From Candidatus Helarchaeota archaeon (GTDB lineage: Archaea > Asgardarchaeota > Lokiarchaeia > Helarchaeales > RDOG01), in contig JALGVI010000011.1 in NCBI GenBank assembly GCA_029838215.1, positions 1 to 64,000 on the forward strand: a stretch of DNA of 64,000 nt, read 5' to 3'. Below are positions 29,646 through 39,519 of the stretch, piece by piece (position 1 is the first letter of the stretch; each line of letters begins with the position of its first letter). The position numbers and the translations under genes are program-made. The notes under the pieces are model-generated. The model was not told the DNA's origin. It ran no database searches and was given only the letters and a program-made list of their open reading frames with translations.

Positions 29646-30296
29646 TCACGTTTTAAAATTCTCGAGAAAGTACTCATGACCTATATTTAATGCCTTGAGG
29701 CTTGCTTCAAGATCTTTGGTTTGTTCACCCATTACTTCTTCAAAATGCTCTTTTTCTATTGGAATGGAAGAAGAAGCCAGAGCTGCCCCAAGAATGATGT
29801 TATTCGTAAATAATGGATTTTGAAGATGCTCAATCGCCAATTGAGTTGCACCAAACACGTAAATCTTGGTAGATCCTGAGATGTCCTTAATGGCTTGCGT
29901 GATTTCTTCGATGGATGGATAACGAGCCAGCTCCGAAATCGTGGAAGGAGGTTCGATCACGTAATCGTTGATGATAAACGTGGTTTTGTCCGACGTATAT
30001 TTTGCATTTCGCAAGATTTCCACGGGCTCTAATCCGATTGCTAAATCTGCCTCACCAATTGATAACGTGGGTGAAGTTAAATAATAAGGATCAAGTTCTT
30101 CATCTTGCTCCAATATGAGCATTCGAAGGTGGACATCCACTGAACCCTCACGCTGAGCTAAACCATGCTTTTCTGCACCGAATATTTTTCTAATTCTTTG
30201 TGTTTTTAGTGCGGCATGTTCAATAAATCGCTTGAGAGTGATAACGCCCGTTCCTCCAATACCGGCAATTACCGCAGTCCATATCTTCATTTTCAT
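29646..30296 (-). CDS. iorB: Indolepyruvate:ferredoxin oxidoreductase beta subunit
   Basis: AGIGGTGVIT, EKHGLAQREGSV, ADLAIGLEPVE. Confidence 0.9.
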   Translation of the reverse strand: MKMKIWTAVIAGIGGTGVITLKRFIEHAALKTQRIRKIFGAEKHGLAQREGSVDVHLRMLILEQDEELDPYYLTSPTLSIGEADLAIGLEPVEILRNAKYTSDKTTFIINDYVIEPPSTISELARYPSIEEITQAIKDISGSTKIYVFGATQLAIEHLQNPLFTNNIILGAALASSSIPIEKEHFEEVMGEQTKDLEASLKALNIGHEYFLENFKT

Positions 30297-30299
30297 ACC

Positions 30300-32288
30300 T
30301 CATGCTTTGATATTCGGATAGTGAACGTCTATTTCAGTCTTCATTATCGCCCCATTAGGACATATCGCAGCACAAACTCCACATTGGTTACACCGAGCTT
30401 CATCAATGTAAACCGTTTCACGCCCATCAATCGTCATTATCCGCAATGCAGTACAGCATAGCTGTTGCGTGCATTCCCGACAAAGCTCACACCGTTCAGG
30501 AATGACCTGAAAGACTTTCCTACTGAATGGCTGTCCAGCTTGGATGCAAGCTTGAAGCTCTTTTTTCAATCTCTTTCCATATTGTAATCCACATTCCCTG
30601 CGTGAAATAATAACGCGTAACCCTTTTTGTTTCAAGGCACTTTGAATCGCTGCAATCATCGCTTTCGGTTGGTATGGATCGACTGCCTTGACCCACTTGA
30701 CGCCGCATGCTCGCAAAATACTTGCCATATCGAATTTTACTGGATTCTCCAAGATATTGGCCTTTCGCAATGCAGGGGGCGTGTTGGGATTTTCGTGTCC
30801 ACCAGTCATTGCCGTCCAACTATTATCAAGGATGATGAGAATGACGTTCGCACCATTATAGACTGCTGAAATGAGGATGGGTAATCCCGTGTGATAAAAC
30901 GTGCTATCTCCCATGAGTGCAATAACTGGTTGGTCCGTCTTCATGGATGCTCCAATGGCCGCTCCCAACCCACCAGACATGCAAATAACCCAATCCGTGA
31001 TTCCCATGGGTGGAAAGAAAGACATGACATAACAACCAATGTCCCCGGCATAAATCGTGTTGTTTTCATCCGTGGCTTTTTTAATAGCATATAAAAGCGC
31101 ACGTTCTGGACATCCTGCACAAAATGTCGGTGGTCGTGAGGGGATCATTGGCAGGTATTTTTCATAACGGTTTAAGATTTCTCGTGTCGTGCTGGCTATT
31201 GGTCGATTAAATTCTTTTCCCAAGATCTGTATGAGATCTCCAACGCTTAACTCGCCCCACTTGCGAACTATTTCTTGTCCCAGTATGGGAATGGAAAAAC
31301 CCATCTCTTGAGCCATTTGCTTGACCTTGACCTCGATAAAAGGTTCTAATTCCTCTACTATAATGATTTTTTCAAGATCCGCACTGAACTCCTTGAAAAT
31401 GTTCTTGTCAATCGGATTGATCATTCCATATTTCAAAATAGGAATGTCATTTAATCCCAAAATCCTCAAGGCTTCCATTATGTAGTTGAATGGAACTCCT
31501 CCTGTGATGATTCCAGTCCGAGCGTCTCCTTGTAATATCTTGTTGAAAATTCTTGCATGTTTGCTTTGGCCGAGTTCATCCATTCTATCATATAATCGAG
31601 CATGATTATTGATGCAATGCGGCGGTAAAGAGCAAAATTTAGGAATATCTTTTTTGAAATATCCCTTTTTAGGCTCAAATTTCGGAAATTTTTTGCGAAT
31701 TGTCACGTCTTGACGTGAATGTGAAATCCGGGATGTAACTCGAAAATATCCAACTAAATCATACTCTTGAGATATGTCGAACATCAAAGGCATCCAATCG
31801 AGGCATTCTTGCACGTCGCTTGGTTCCACGTGACAAAGATGGAGCATCCAACTATAAAATCTGTCATTTTGCTCACAATGAGATCCCAGAGATGCCGGAT
31901 CTCCTCCTGCAATTACGACAAGTCCTCCTTCTCCTCTAGAAGAAGTCGGTCCGTTTAAGGCAATCACACCCAAAGAGTCCGCAAGAACATTAATTCCAAC
32001 ATGCTTTGCAGGAACCAATGAACGAATACCGCACCAACTCGCACCAGCGGCTGCTTGCATGGCCGCAGCCTCATTTGCTGCCCATTGAAAATATAGACCC
32101 GGAACCCGTCCTGATTTCATCAAGTCTCCAAAAACAAGCCCCATGTCACTTAATGGTGTTCCAGGATATTGAGAAACAAATTGAACATTTGCTTCTAAAG
32201 AACCCCTGATCATAGCCTCATTGCCAATCATCAAGACCTTCTTGTCCAGCTCTGAAGTTAAAATTGCTGAATTTACCATCTTCATCAA
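30300..32288 (-). CDS. iorA: Indolepyruvate:ferredoxin oxidoreductase alpha subunit
   Basis: GNEAMIRG, YPGTP, NEAAAM, KHVGINV, RPPTFCAGCP, GDIGCY, GDSTFYHTG, C-terminal 2x[4Fe-4S] motifs. Confidence 0.95.
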   Translation of the reverse strand: MMKMVNSAILTSELDKKVLMIGNEAMIRGSLEANVQFVSQYPGTPLSDMGLVFGDLMKSGRVPGLYFQWAANEAAAMQAAAGASWCGIRSLVPAKHVGINVLADSLGVIALNGPTSSRGEGGLVVIAGGDPASLGSHCEQNDRFYSWMLHLCHVEPSDVQECLDWMPLMFDISQEYDLVGYFRVTSRISHSRQDVTIRKKFPKFEPKKGYFKKDIPKFCSLPPHCINNHARLYDRMDELGQSKHARIFNKILQGDARTGIITGGVPFNYIMEALRILGLNDIPILKYGMINPIDKNIFKEFSADLEKIIIVEELEPFIEVKVKQMAQEMGFSIPILGQEIVRKWGELSVGDLIQILGKEFNRPIASTTREILNRYEKYLPMIPSRPPTFCAGCPERALLYAIKKATDENNTIYAGDIGCYVMSFFPPMGITDWVICMSGGLGAAIGASMKTDQPVIALMGDSTFYHTGLPILISAVYNGANVILIILDNSWTAMTGGHENPNTPPALRKANILENPVKFDMASILRACGVKWVKAVDPYQPKAMIAAIQSALKQKGLRVIISRRECGLQYGKRLKKELQACIQAGQPFSRKVFQVIPERCELCRECTQQLCCTALRIMTIDGRETVYIDEARCNQCGVCAAICPNGAIMKTEIDVHYPNIKA

Positions 32289-32561
32289 GTCTCTTGCCTA
32301 ATTGTTCGAGATTAATACCATAAACCAATTCATGATAAAAAATCGTTTTTATTTCCTTAGGCTTGTCGAAATTTCATTGCTCACTTCACGATAGGAAATT
32401 TAAATCTATTTGCTTCGGAACGAAATCAAAGATCTCATTTTCTTTGAAAGTCCAAAGATAACAATGTCATACACGAAAATATTTTTAAATCAATTTTCCA
32501 AGAAGACATCAGAGCCGAGAAAACGCAAGATTTCTATCGTGAAAAATCGTGATCACAAATA

Positions 32562-32696
32562 AATGAGTCATAACCGTGGGTGCTTGTCTCTGGATTTACT
32601 TTTAAAATTTCCCTCTCTTGGGTTTTATATCCCCTCCCCACTTGATAGAAATTCTCCCCTCTCCTGAGACAAGCACCACCACTTCCATAACTCATT
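32562..32696 (+). ncRNA. Candidate structured ncRNA or leader (hairpin A) with three CU-rich internal tracts
   Basis: Perfect 12-bp stem 32579-32590/32666-32677 plus an outer 7-bp stem 32562-32568/32690-32696, in an intergenic region downstream of a BRE/TATA-like cgaaaatatttttaaat. Confidence 0.45.
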
Positions 32697-32748
32697 AATA
32701 TCCCAAATATGTACATATGTTCATTGCAATCCTTCACGACATCGAGGT

Positions 32749-33261
32749 ATGTTCAAGCGAGGGGAACGAACGATGGATGAAAACACCCATTTTTTGGAAA
32801 TTCAAAATCTGATTTCTAATATATTAAAGCAAGAAATCGTCCAATCATTATTAAAACATTCTAACTTCACTAAAACACAACTTGAAACCTTGTTATTAGA
32901 CTTTTATGCTCGACATTTCTTCCAAAAGGACGTACAACATGAAAAACTCGCACGAATGCGAAACGTCGCCAGAGGATCTTTCAGTCGCGTCTTGCATCAA
33001 GGTCGAAAAAATTATATCAAGTCGGCTTATAGCATACTTCTATTAATCTACCTTGGATTCTTTGAAGATGAACCGTTTCGAGCCCTGATAGACTTGAACA
33101 ATGAAATCGTTCAATTCGCAACTCAATATGACGATCTTCATTTGGACCAAAACCAACTCGATCAAGAAGAATTGCAAAAAAGAATCAAAGCCTTGAATGA
33201 TCTTGAGATCAAGATAAAGACGAAAATTGAAGAATTAGCCAAACCAAAAACTATCTTTTAA
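32749..33261 (+). CDS. Conserved archaeal hypothetical protein with HTH-like segment
   Basis: LLKHSNFTKTQLETLLLD...VARGSFSRVLHQGRKNYIKSAYSILLLIYLG. Confidence 0.7.
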   Translation: MFKRGERTMDENTHFLEIQNLISNILKQEIVQSLLKHSNFTKTQLETLLLDFYARHFFQKDVQHEKLARMRNVARGSFSRVLHQGRKNYIKSAYSILLLIYLGFFEDEPFRALIDLNNEIVQFATQYDDLHLDQNQLDQEELQKRIKALNDLEIKIKTKIEELAKPKTIF

Positions 33262-33572
33262 AATACCCGAGATTAAGATTCTACGACTTCAAGAGTGTCA
33301 TGAAATTCCTGCATTTCGACCGAAAATGAATTGATCATGCTTCCTTTTTTGCTTAAACTTGCAATCCTTGCAGAAGAAAAATCAAGTTCATTATATTCAA
33401 GATTGATTTATGGAATTTCATATTTTTTGTCGATTTTTTTAAAAATGACTTCTAAATATAAAAAAGATTAAATTTGAAGTCGTTAGGATATTTGTGTCGA
33501 ACTGGATTTCAGGAACGAAAATATATGAAAATTGATACTTTATAGAAGAAATGTTATTGTGTGGGAACTGCA

Positions 33573-36215
33573 ATGGATGAATCTGGAAAGAAAAAAGAAG
33601 AACGATATATTCTTTGGTTCGATGAGTGTGGAATTGAAGACATACCATTGGTTGGTGGAAAGAATGCGTCATTAGGTGAAATGATTCAACGGACGCAAGT
33701 TCCAGTCCCCTATGGGTTTGCAATTACATCTTTTGCTTATCGCCATTTTATCAAAGAAGCCGGACTCCAGGCATTTTTAAAAGAGACTTTAAAAGATCTC
33801 AAGCCTGGAGACATAGCAGGACTTCAAGAGCGAGGATCGAGAATTCGTGATAAAATTGAAGTTAGTACTTTTCCACCAGATCTTGAAGCTGCAATCCGAG
33901 ATGCATATAAGAAGCTTGGTGAAAAGATCGGAGAAGACTTACCTGACTGTGCAGTAAGAAGCTCGGCTACGGCTGAAGACCTTCCTGACGCAAGCTTTGC
34001 CGGTCAGCAAGATACATTTTTACATCAACGTGGAATCGATGCCATATTAAGAACGTGTAAGCGTTGCATGGCGAGTCTTTTTACAGACCGGGCAATCCAT
34101 TATCGAATGGATAAAGACTTTGATCATTTTGAAGTGGCCCTTAGTGTCGGCGTGCAAATCATGGCGCGAAGCGACGTGGGTGCATCAGGAGTCATTTTTA
34201 GCATTGATACCGAAAGCGGATTCGAAAAAGTGGTTTACATCACGGCATCTTGGGGACTTGGAGAATATATCGTCCAAGGAAAAGTAAATCCTGATCAATA
34301 TTACGTGTTTAAACCAACATTAGGGATCATCAGTAAAAAAATCGGCTACAAGGACGTTAAACTCGTTTATGACGAAATAATGGATGTGAGAGAAGAAAAG
34401 ATACCCGAGAATGAGCGCTATCAATTCGTGCTCAATGATGATCAAATAAAAGAATTGGCACAATATGCCATAAAAATTGAAGAACATTATGGACGTCCAA
34501 TGGATATTGAGTGGGCTCTAGATGGCAAGCTCAACAAACTATTTATCCTTCAGGCACGTCCTGAAACCATTCATGGCACGAAAGAAAAGAGCTTGATGGA
34601 ATTCTATAAACTAAAAATTTCTGACGAAGAAAAGAAAAACCGAACCTTGCTCGTTGGTGAAGCCGTTGGACGAAAAATCGGTCAGGGAAAAGCAAACGTC
34701 ATTACGGATATTAGCGAGATTGGCACGTTTAAGGAAGGAGAAGTTTTAATCACGATAATGACCGACCCAGATTGGGAGCCCATCATGAAAAAAGCCGCCG
34801 CAATCGTGACCGAGAAAGGTGGAAGGACTTGTCATGCTGCAATCATTTCCCGAGAACTGGGCATTCCTTGCGTCATCGGAACGGGATATGCAACCGGAAT
34901 GATGAAAGATAACCAAGAAATAACTGTAGATTGTAGCGAAGGAATAGGACGCGTGTTCAATGGTCTTGTTCCATATGAAATCGAAACCATAGACGTGTCA
35001 GAAATCCCTGAAACAAAAACAAAAATCTTCATGAACGTGGGGATTCCCGAACAAGCATTTGATCAAGCAAAATTACCTGCTGATGGTGTTGGACTGGCTC
35101 GCCTTGAATTTATCATAAATTCTCACATTCAAATTCACCCTCTTGCTCTGATTAACATCGAAAAATTAAAGGACTACTTGCGTTATCGACAATACGAATC
35201 AGAACTCTTGAATATCGTCGTGAAAATTGACTCTGTTGATGTTGCGGTTCTAAAAAATGAAATAAATCAGAAAATTGATGAAATCATCAAGATACGTGAG
35301 ACCATCGAAAAAATCGAAGAATTAACGCCCGGATACGATAATAAGGAAGAATATTTTATATCTCACATCGCTGAAGGCGTGGCAAAAATCGCAGCCGCGT
35401 TTTTTCCTGGCGACGTGGTGGTCCGTTTAAGTGATTTCAAGACCAACGAATATGCCAACTTAATTGGCGGATTCCTTTACGAACCAGAAGAGCATAATCC
35501 AATGATTGGGTGGCGTGGTGCATCCCGGTATTATTCCGAAAATTTCCTTCCTGCTTTTCGTCTCGAATGCCAAGCAATGCGAAGGGTTCGAAACGAAATG
35601 GGACTTACAAACGTAAAACTAATGGTTCCATTCTGTCGAACTCCAGAAGAAGGACGTCGTGTCATCGAAGTGATGCGTGAAGAAGGTCTCGTCCAAGGAG
35701 AAAATGGACTCCAAATTTACGTGATGGCTGAAATTCCATCAAACATAATCCTTGCTGAAGAATTTTCAGACATTTTCGATGGTTTCAGCATCGGTAGTAA
35801 CGATCTGACACAATTGACTCTTGGTCTCGACCGCGACTCTGATATATTACTCCCGTTATTTGATGAACGCTCCCCTGCCATCAAGAATAGCATTAAAAAA
35901 TTATTAGAAATCGCAAAAAATAAGGGAATACCCGTTTCTATCTGCGGACAGGCTCCAAGCGATTATCCTTCTATGGCCGCTTTTCTCGTGCAAAACGGAA
36001 TAAGCAGCATTTCACTCAATCCTGATACGGTCTTTGGAACTCGAGCTCTCGTAAAAGCCGTAGAATGGTGCTTGGAAAATGGAAAGGATTATGATAAGCT
36101 ACTTTTAGCCGATCTAGTACAAATCCCGGGAATCAATGAAGGACTTGCAAAAACCGTCTTGTCAATGATTGAAAAAGAAAAACGCGTTAACCAGCAGAAA
36201 TCCTCAATCATGTAA
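33573..36215 (+). CDS. ppsA: Phosphoenolpyruvate synthase
   Basis: VGGKNASLGEM, AVRSSATAEDLPDASFAGQQ, DIEWA, GGRTCHAAII (phospho-His), DFKTNEY, SIGSNDLTQL. Confidence 0.96.
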   Translation: MDESGKKKEERYILWFDECGIEDIPLVGGKNASLGEMIQRTQVPVPYGFAITSFAYRHFIKEAGLQAFLKETLKDLKPGDIAGLQERGSRIRDKIEVSTFPPDLEAAIRDAYKKLGEKIGEDLPDCAVRSSATAEDLPDASFAGQQDTFLHQRGIDAILRTCKRCMASLFTDRAIHYRMDKDFDHFEVALSVGVQIMARSDVGASGVIFSIDTESGFEKVVYITASWGLGEYIVQGKVNPDQYYVFKPTLGIISKKIGYKDVKLVYDEIMDVREEKIPENERYQFVLNDDQIKELAQYAIKIEEHYGRPMDIEWALDGKLNKLFILQARPETIHGTKEKSLMEFYKLKISDEEKKNRTLLVGEAVGRKIGQGKANVITDISEIGTFKEGEVLITIMTDPDWEPIMKKAAAIVTEKGGRTCHAAIISRELGIPCVIGTGYATGMMKDNQEITVDCSEGIGRVFNGLVPYEIETIDVSEIPETKTKIFMNVGIPEQAFDQAKLPADGVGLARLEFIINSHIQIHPLALINIEKLKDYLRYRQYESELLNIVVKIDSVDVAVLKNEINQKIDEIIKIRETIEKIEELTPGYDNKEEYFISHIAEGVAKIAAAFFPGDVVVRLSDFKTNEYANLIGGFLYEPEEHNPMIGWRGASRYYSENFLPAFRLECQAMRRVRNEMGLTNVKLMVPFCRTPEEGRRVIEVMREEGLVQGENGLQIYVMAEIPSNIILAEEFSDIFDGFSIGSNDLTQLTLGLDRDSDILLPLFDERSPAIKNSIKKLLEIAKNKGIPVSICGQAPSDYPSMAAFLVQNGISSISLNPDTVFGTRALVKAVEWCLENGKDYDKLLLADLVQIPGINEGLAKTVLSMIEKEKRVNQQKSSIM

Positions 36216-36249
36216 AAAACAAAAAAATCTCTTTTTTTCTTCATTTTTC

Positions 36250-36684
36250 TTAATGATTATTGATGGCTTCAGATAATTCTTGGACTACTTCTTCAATCGC
36301 TGCACGCCAAACAACAAATCGCTCAATAACCTTGAAAGTTAACGAGTTATTAAAGTTCTTTTTTTGAGGCCATTGAAGCATTTGATTCAAGATGAGGTTC
36401 ATTTGAAGCAAGATTGGAAGCAATTTCTGGACAATCGCATTCAATTCATCATTTTCCTTGAATTTGTTAGGTAGATTCACGAATTGAATGAGAATCTCCC
36501 GAGAAGCCGCCAAGGCAAAATAGACCTCACGCACGGTTTCACCCATGTGGATCTTGTTTATGGCTTTGTCTAGCGGAACCAAGATTTTTATGGCAAGTTC
36601 TTTATATTCTTGAACAATGCCTGAAAAATTCTCGCTCATCTCATCGTGCCTCATTGCCCTAATTAAATTACTTGAAATCGACAT
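36250..36684 (-). CDS. Hypothetical helical protein
   Basis: 144-aa ORF, convergent with ppsA. Confidence 0.65.
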   Translation of the reverse strand: MSISSNLIRAMRHDEMSENFSGIVQEYKELAIKILVPLDKAINKIHMGETVREVYFALAASREILIQFVNLPNKFKENDELNAIVQKLLPILLQMNLILNQMLQWPQKKNFNNSLTFKVIERFVVWRAAIEEVVQELSEAINNH

Positions 36685-36859
36685 TCAAAGTTGTTTCTTT
36701 CGCTTAAAGCCTTGCAACAAAATAATATTTAAATGAATATTTTAAAACCTATTCTTCATCAAAAAAGATTAAAAAATAAAATGCCATCCTTATCAAAAAT
36801 AAATTATTAATACATGCTAAAATTCAGAAATTGTTTAAGAACTTTAATGTGTGGAAACA

Positions 36860-37396
36860 ATGCCAAAAAGACCGTGGAAAGGATTCCGGAACGTACAAGG
36901 AAAGGCTTGGGTTCTCAGGTGGAAAAAAACAGGAAAAGGTCGGCGCTATTACATTAAGCACGCTCCTGAACCTAAAATCCGCATGTTCACCATCGGGAAA
37001 GATCGTCCTGATTATGATTATGAAGTAGAACTGTTTGCAGAAGAAGCAGCACAAGTCAACCATCTGACGCTTGAATCCTGCCGGATCTCCTGTAATCGAC
37101 TTCTTAGAGCCAAGCTGGGAAGAGATAATTACCTATTTCGCATTTATCCATATCCCCATCACGTGGTACGTGAACATCGCATGATGGCGTTTGCGGGAGC
37201 AGATCGACTTCAAGACGGAATGCGACATGCCTTTGGAAAACCATTTGGGCGAGCAGCACGCGTGAGAAAAGGTCAGAAACTCATGAGCGTTAAATGCTAC
37301 AAGGATGCACTACTCGTGGCAAAAGATGCCATTCGGAGAGGTAGCATGAAATGGCCAATGCCTTGCCGAATCATCCCTAAAAAAATAAATGAATGA
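36860..37396 (+). CDS. rpl10e: 50S ribosomal protein uL16 (L10e)
   Basis: MPKRPWKGFR...LESCRISCNR...YPHHVVREHRMMAFAGADRLQDGMRHAFGKP. Confidence 0.96.
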   Translation: MPKRPWKGFRNVQGKAWVLRWKKTGKGRRYYIKHAPEPKIRMFTIGKDRPDYDYEVELFAEEAAQVNHLTLESCRISCNRLLRAKLGRDNYLFRIYPYPHHVVREHRMMAFAGADRLQDGMRHAFGKPFGRAARVRKGQKLMSVKCYKDALLVAKDAIRRGSMKWPMPCRIIPKKINE

Positions 37397-37405
37397 ATTA
37401 ATCAC

Positions 37406-38080
37406 GTGAGAAAAGCAGGTAATATCTTCTTGCCGCGAAAAATCTCTAAAAAAAAATCATCTTCTAATTTTATCTGTCAACTTTGCGGTAAGTGTTGTTC
37501 TCAATTTTGCGTGCCCGTAACGCATTATGACCTAAAACGCATTTTAAGTCTATTGAAACTTCCAAAAGAAGGAAAATCTATTGCAGAGATAGCTGAATTC
37601 ATCGAACCCGATGAATCCGTTGCCGAAACATATGAAGACATCCCCCGCCCCATCCTAGAAGACTATGAAGCACCTGACCTACTTCTGGTGTTAAAATCTG
37701 ATGAGTATTGTGTTTTTTACTCCAATCAGGAACAAGGATGCAAGATCTATCCTGCCCGTCCATTGGTTTGCAGGTTCTTCCCCTTCACTTATGAATACGT
37801 GGAAGATGTGGATTCTTCAAGTCCTCCGCCTGATCTAGAAACTCATGAAGTTAAATTTTCAGTGAATGAAGAATGCGATTATTGTTTGGGCATAAAAAAA
37901 GGCACGAATTATGATTTTAGAACCCTTACAAGCGTGACACACCAGACCACGCGGGAAGATGCCGATTTCGAAAAAATCATTACTCTTTGGAATCTTGATG
38001 TCATTTTTGGACACCGTTCTCCTTATGACGAAGAAGCATTTTTCGATTTCTTAGTAGAATGCTTTCCAGATGATGAGTGA
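37406..38080 (+). CDS. YkgJ-family cysteine cluster protein
   Basis: CQLCGKCCS...CVFY...CKIYPARPLVCRFFPF...C. Confidence 0.88.
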   Translation: MRKAGNIFLPRKISKKKSSSNFICQLCGKCCSQFCVPVTHYDLKRILSLLKLPKEGKSIAEIAEFIEPDESVAETYEDIPRPILEDYEAPDLLLVLKSDEYCVFYSNQEQGCKIYPARPLVCRFFPFTYEYVEDVDSSSPPPDLETHEVKFSVNEECDYCLGIKKGTNYDFRTLTSVTHQTTREDADFEKIITLWNLDVIFGHRSPYDEEAFFDFLVECFPDDE

Positions 38081-38116
38081 TGAACTTTTGCAATAATTTA
38101 TGACTTTTTTCACGTG

Positions 38117-38860
38117 TTAAGTGCGATCTTTCCAAATTCCTTGTAAGTTTTCAAGCACGTGTCGAAATACTCCCATCATTGTATGTGCCTCCCTCCCTGA
38201 TATGAATGATCGTCCTACAATGTTATGAAACACTCGACTTGCATCAGCTCTTCTACGCTCGTCAAATTTTTTCATGTGATCGTGCAAGTAATCTAAAATC
38301 CCTTCGTATTTTGCCAAGAGCTGATCCAACTCTACTCTGCTTGCTTTTCTAAAGAGCATTTGATCAGGACCTCTTGCTTGCTTGACCTTGTATATTTCGT
38401 AGAGGATGATGCATGCAGCGTGTGATATGTTAAGTGTTCGATACTCGGGAGAACTGGGAATCGAAACCAAAAAGTCGCAAGCCGAAAGATCCTCATTTGT
38501 CAATCCTGAATCCTCTGGTCCAAACAACAGTCCTATCTCTCCCTCTATATCTTGCATATTCTTTATCAATTCATCAATTGTTATTCCCACGCGCAACGTA
38601 TTATAATCTCCTCCAATATGTGCTGATGTCCCTATTAGAAAATCAAAAGGTCCAATGTTTTTCAAGCTTGAATGCACCTCTGCTCCACTTAACACGTCCA
38701 CGGCATGTTTAGCCCTTGCAATGCTTTCCGAACTTAACAATTCCACTTGAGGATTAATGAGAATCAATCGTGAAAATCCAAAATTCTTCATCACTCGAGC
38801 TATTGCCCCAATATTTCCCGCTATCCGAGATTCTTTAAGAATCACGCTCAGGTTAAACAC
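38117..38860 (-). CDS. trmJ: TrmJ-family SPOUT RNA methyltransferase
   Basis: GNIGAIARVMKNFG, LLFGPEDSGLTNE, SIPSSPEYRTLNISHA. Confidence 0.9.
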   Translation of the reverse strand: MFNLSVILKESRIAGNIGAIARVMKNFGFSRLILINPQVELLSSESIARAKHAVDVLSGAEVHSSLKNIGPFDFLIGTSAHIGGDYNTLRVGITIDELIKNMQDIEGEIGLLFGPEDSGLTNEDLSACDFLVSIPSSPEYRTLNISHAACIILYEIYKVKQARGPDQMLFRKASRVELDQLLAKYEGILDYLHDHMKKFDERRRADASRVFHNIVGRSFISGREAHTMMGVFRHVLENLQGIWKDRT

Positions 38861-38978
38861 GAGATCACTTCACGAAATTTATAGATATATAAATCAGGAA
38901 CATGACTTAAATCGTTGAAAAGTCACATAAATTCTTGCTTTAAATGGTATGTTCTCCTCTCATGGTATGTCTATTTTT

Positions 38979-39165
38979 AAAAAAAGGTGGAGCGCCGAAG
39001 GACATCAACAAAATACTAGGGAGGAGGGCGAGAGAGGATTATAAAAGTAGCATCGACGTCCTTCTTGCTCCTCTTTAATAATACTCCATTTCCTCTCAAG
39101 GTCTTCACAAAACGCTTTTAGCGGTTTTTCCTAGTTCTGACCAATGCTGATGATCAATCATGATC
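38979..39165 (-). ncRNA. Candidate ncRNA (hairpin B) with CU-rich loop and U-tract terminator
   Basis: Stem GGAGC-GAAGGACGUCGAU / GUUGAUGUCCUUC-GCUCC pairs fully only on the minus strand (three G-U pairs), followed by U7. TATA-like tttttatc near 39188-39195. The 5' end is approximate. Confidence 0.5.
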
Positions 39166-39519
39166 AAGAAAAATATATCAAAGATACGATAAAAATGTTT
39201 CGCAACTTTCGCAATCTTTCTTGCGAGATCTTGCGAACATCCGAATTCATTTTATCTTGATGAAATTTTTCTTGATTTTCGTCTCATTCGATTCCTGAAT
39301 TCGAAATCATTTGAGACTTTTTTGCGGATCTGTCAATTTCAGATTTCACTCTCCGTGATTTTTACAGAAATAAATTCTGAAATCAAATCCCAATACTTGA
39401 AATTAAATTTAAATTAAAACATTTCGATCCAATGAATTTATTTAATGGCATCCGCCTTATAATTCATCAAAACACATCATTAACATGCAAGATCATTAGA
39501 ACAAGACGATTTTTTTCCG

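Noticed and set aside
32534-32737. 67-aa minus-strand ORF
   Set aside because: Not protein-like, and it overlaps the strongly base-paired hairpin A.
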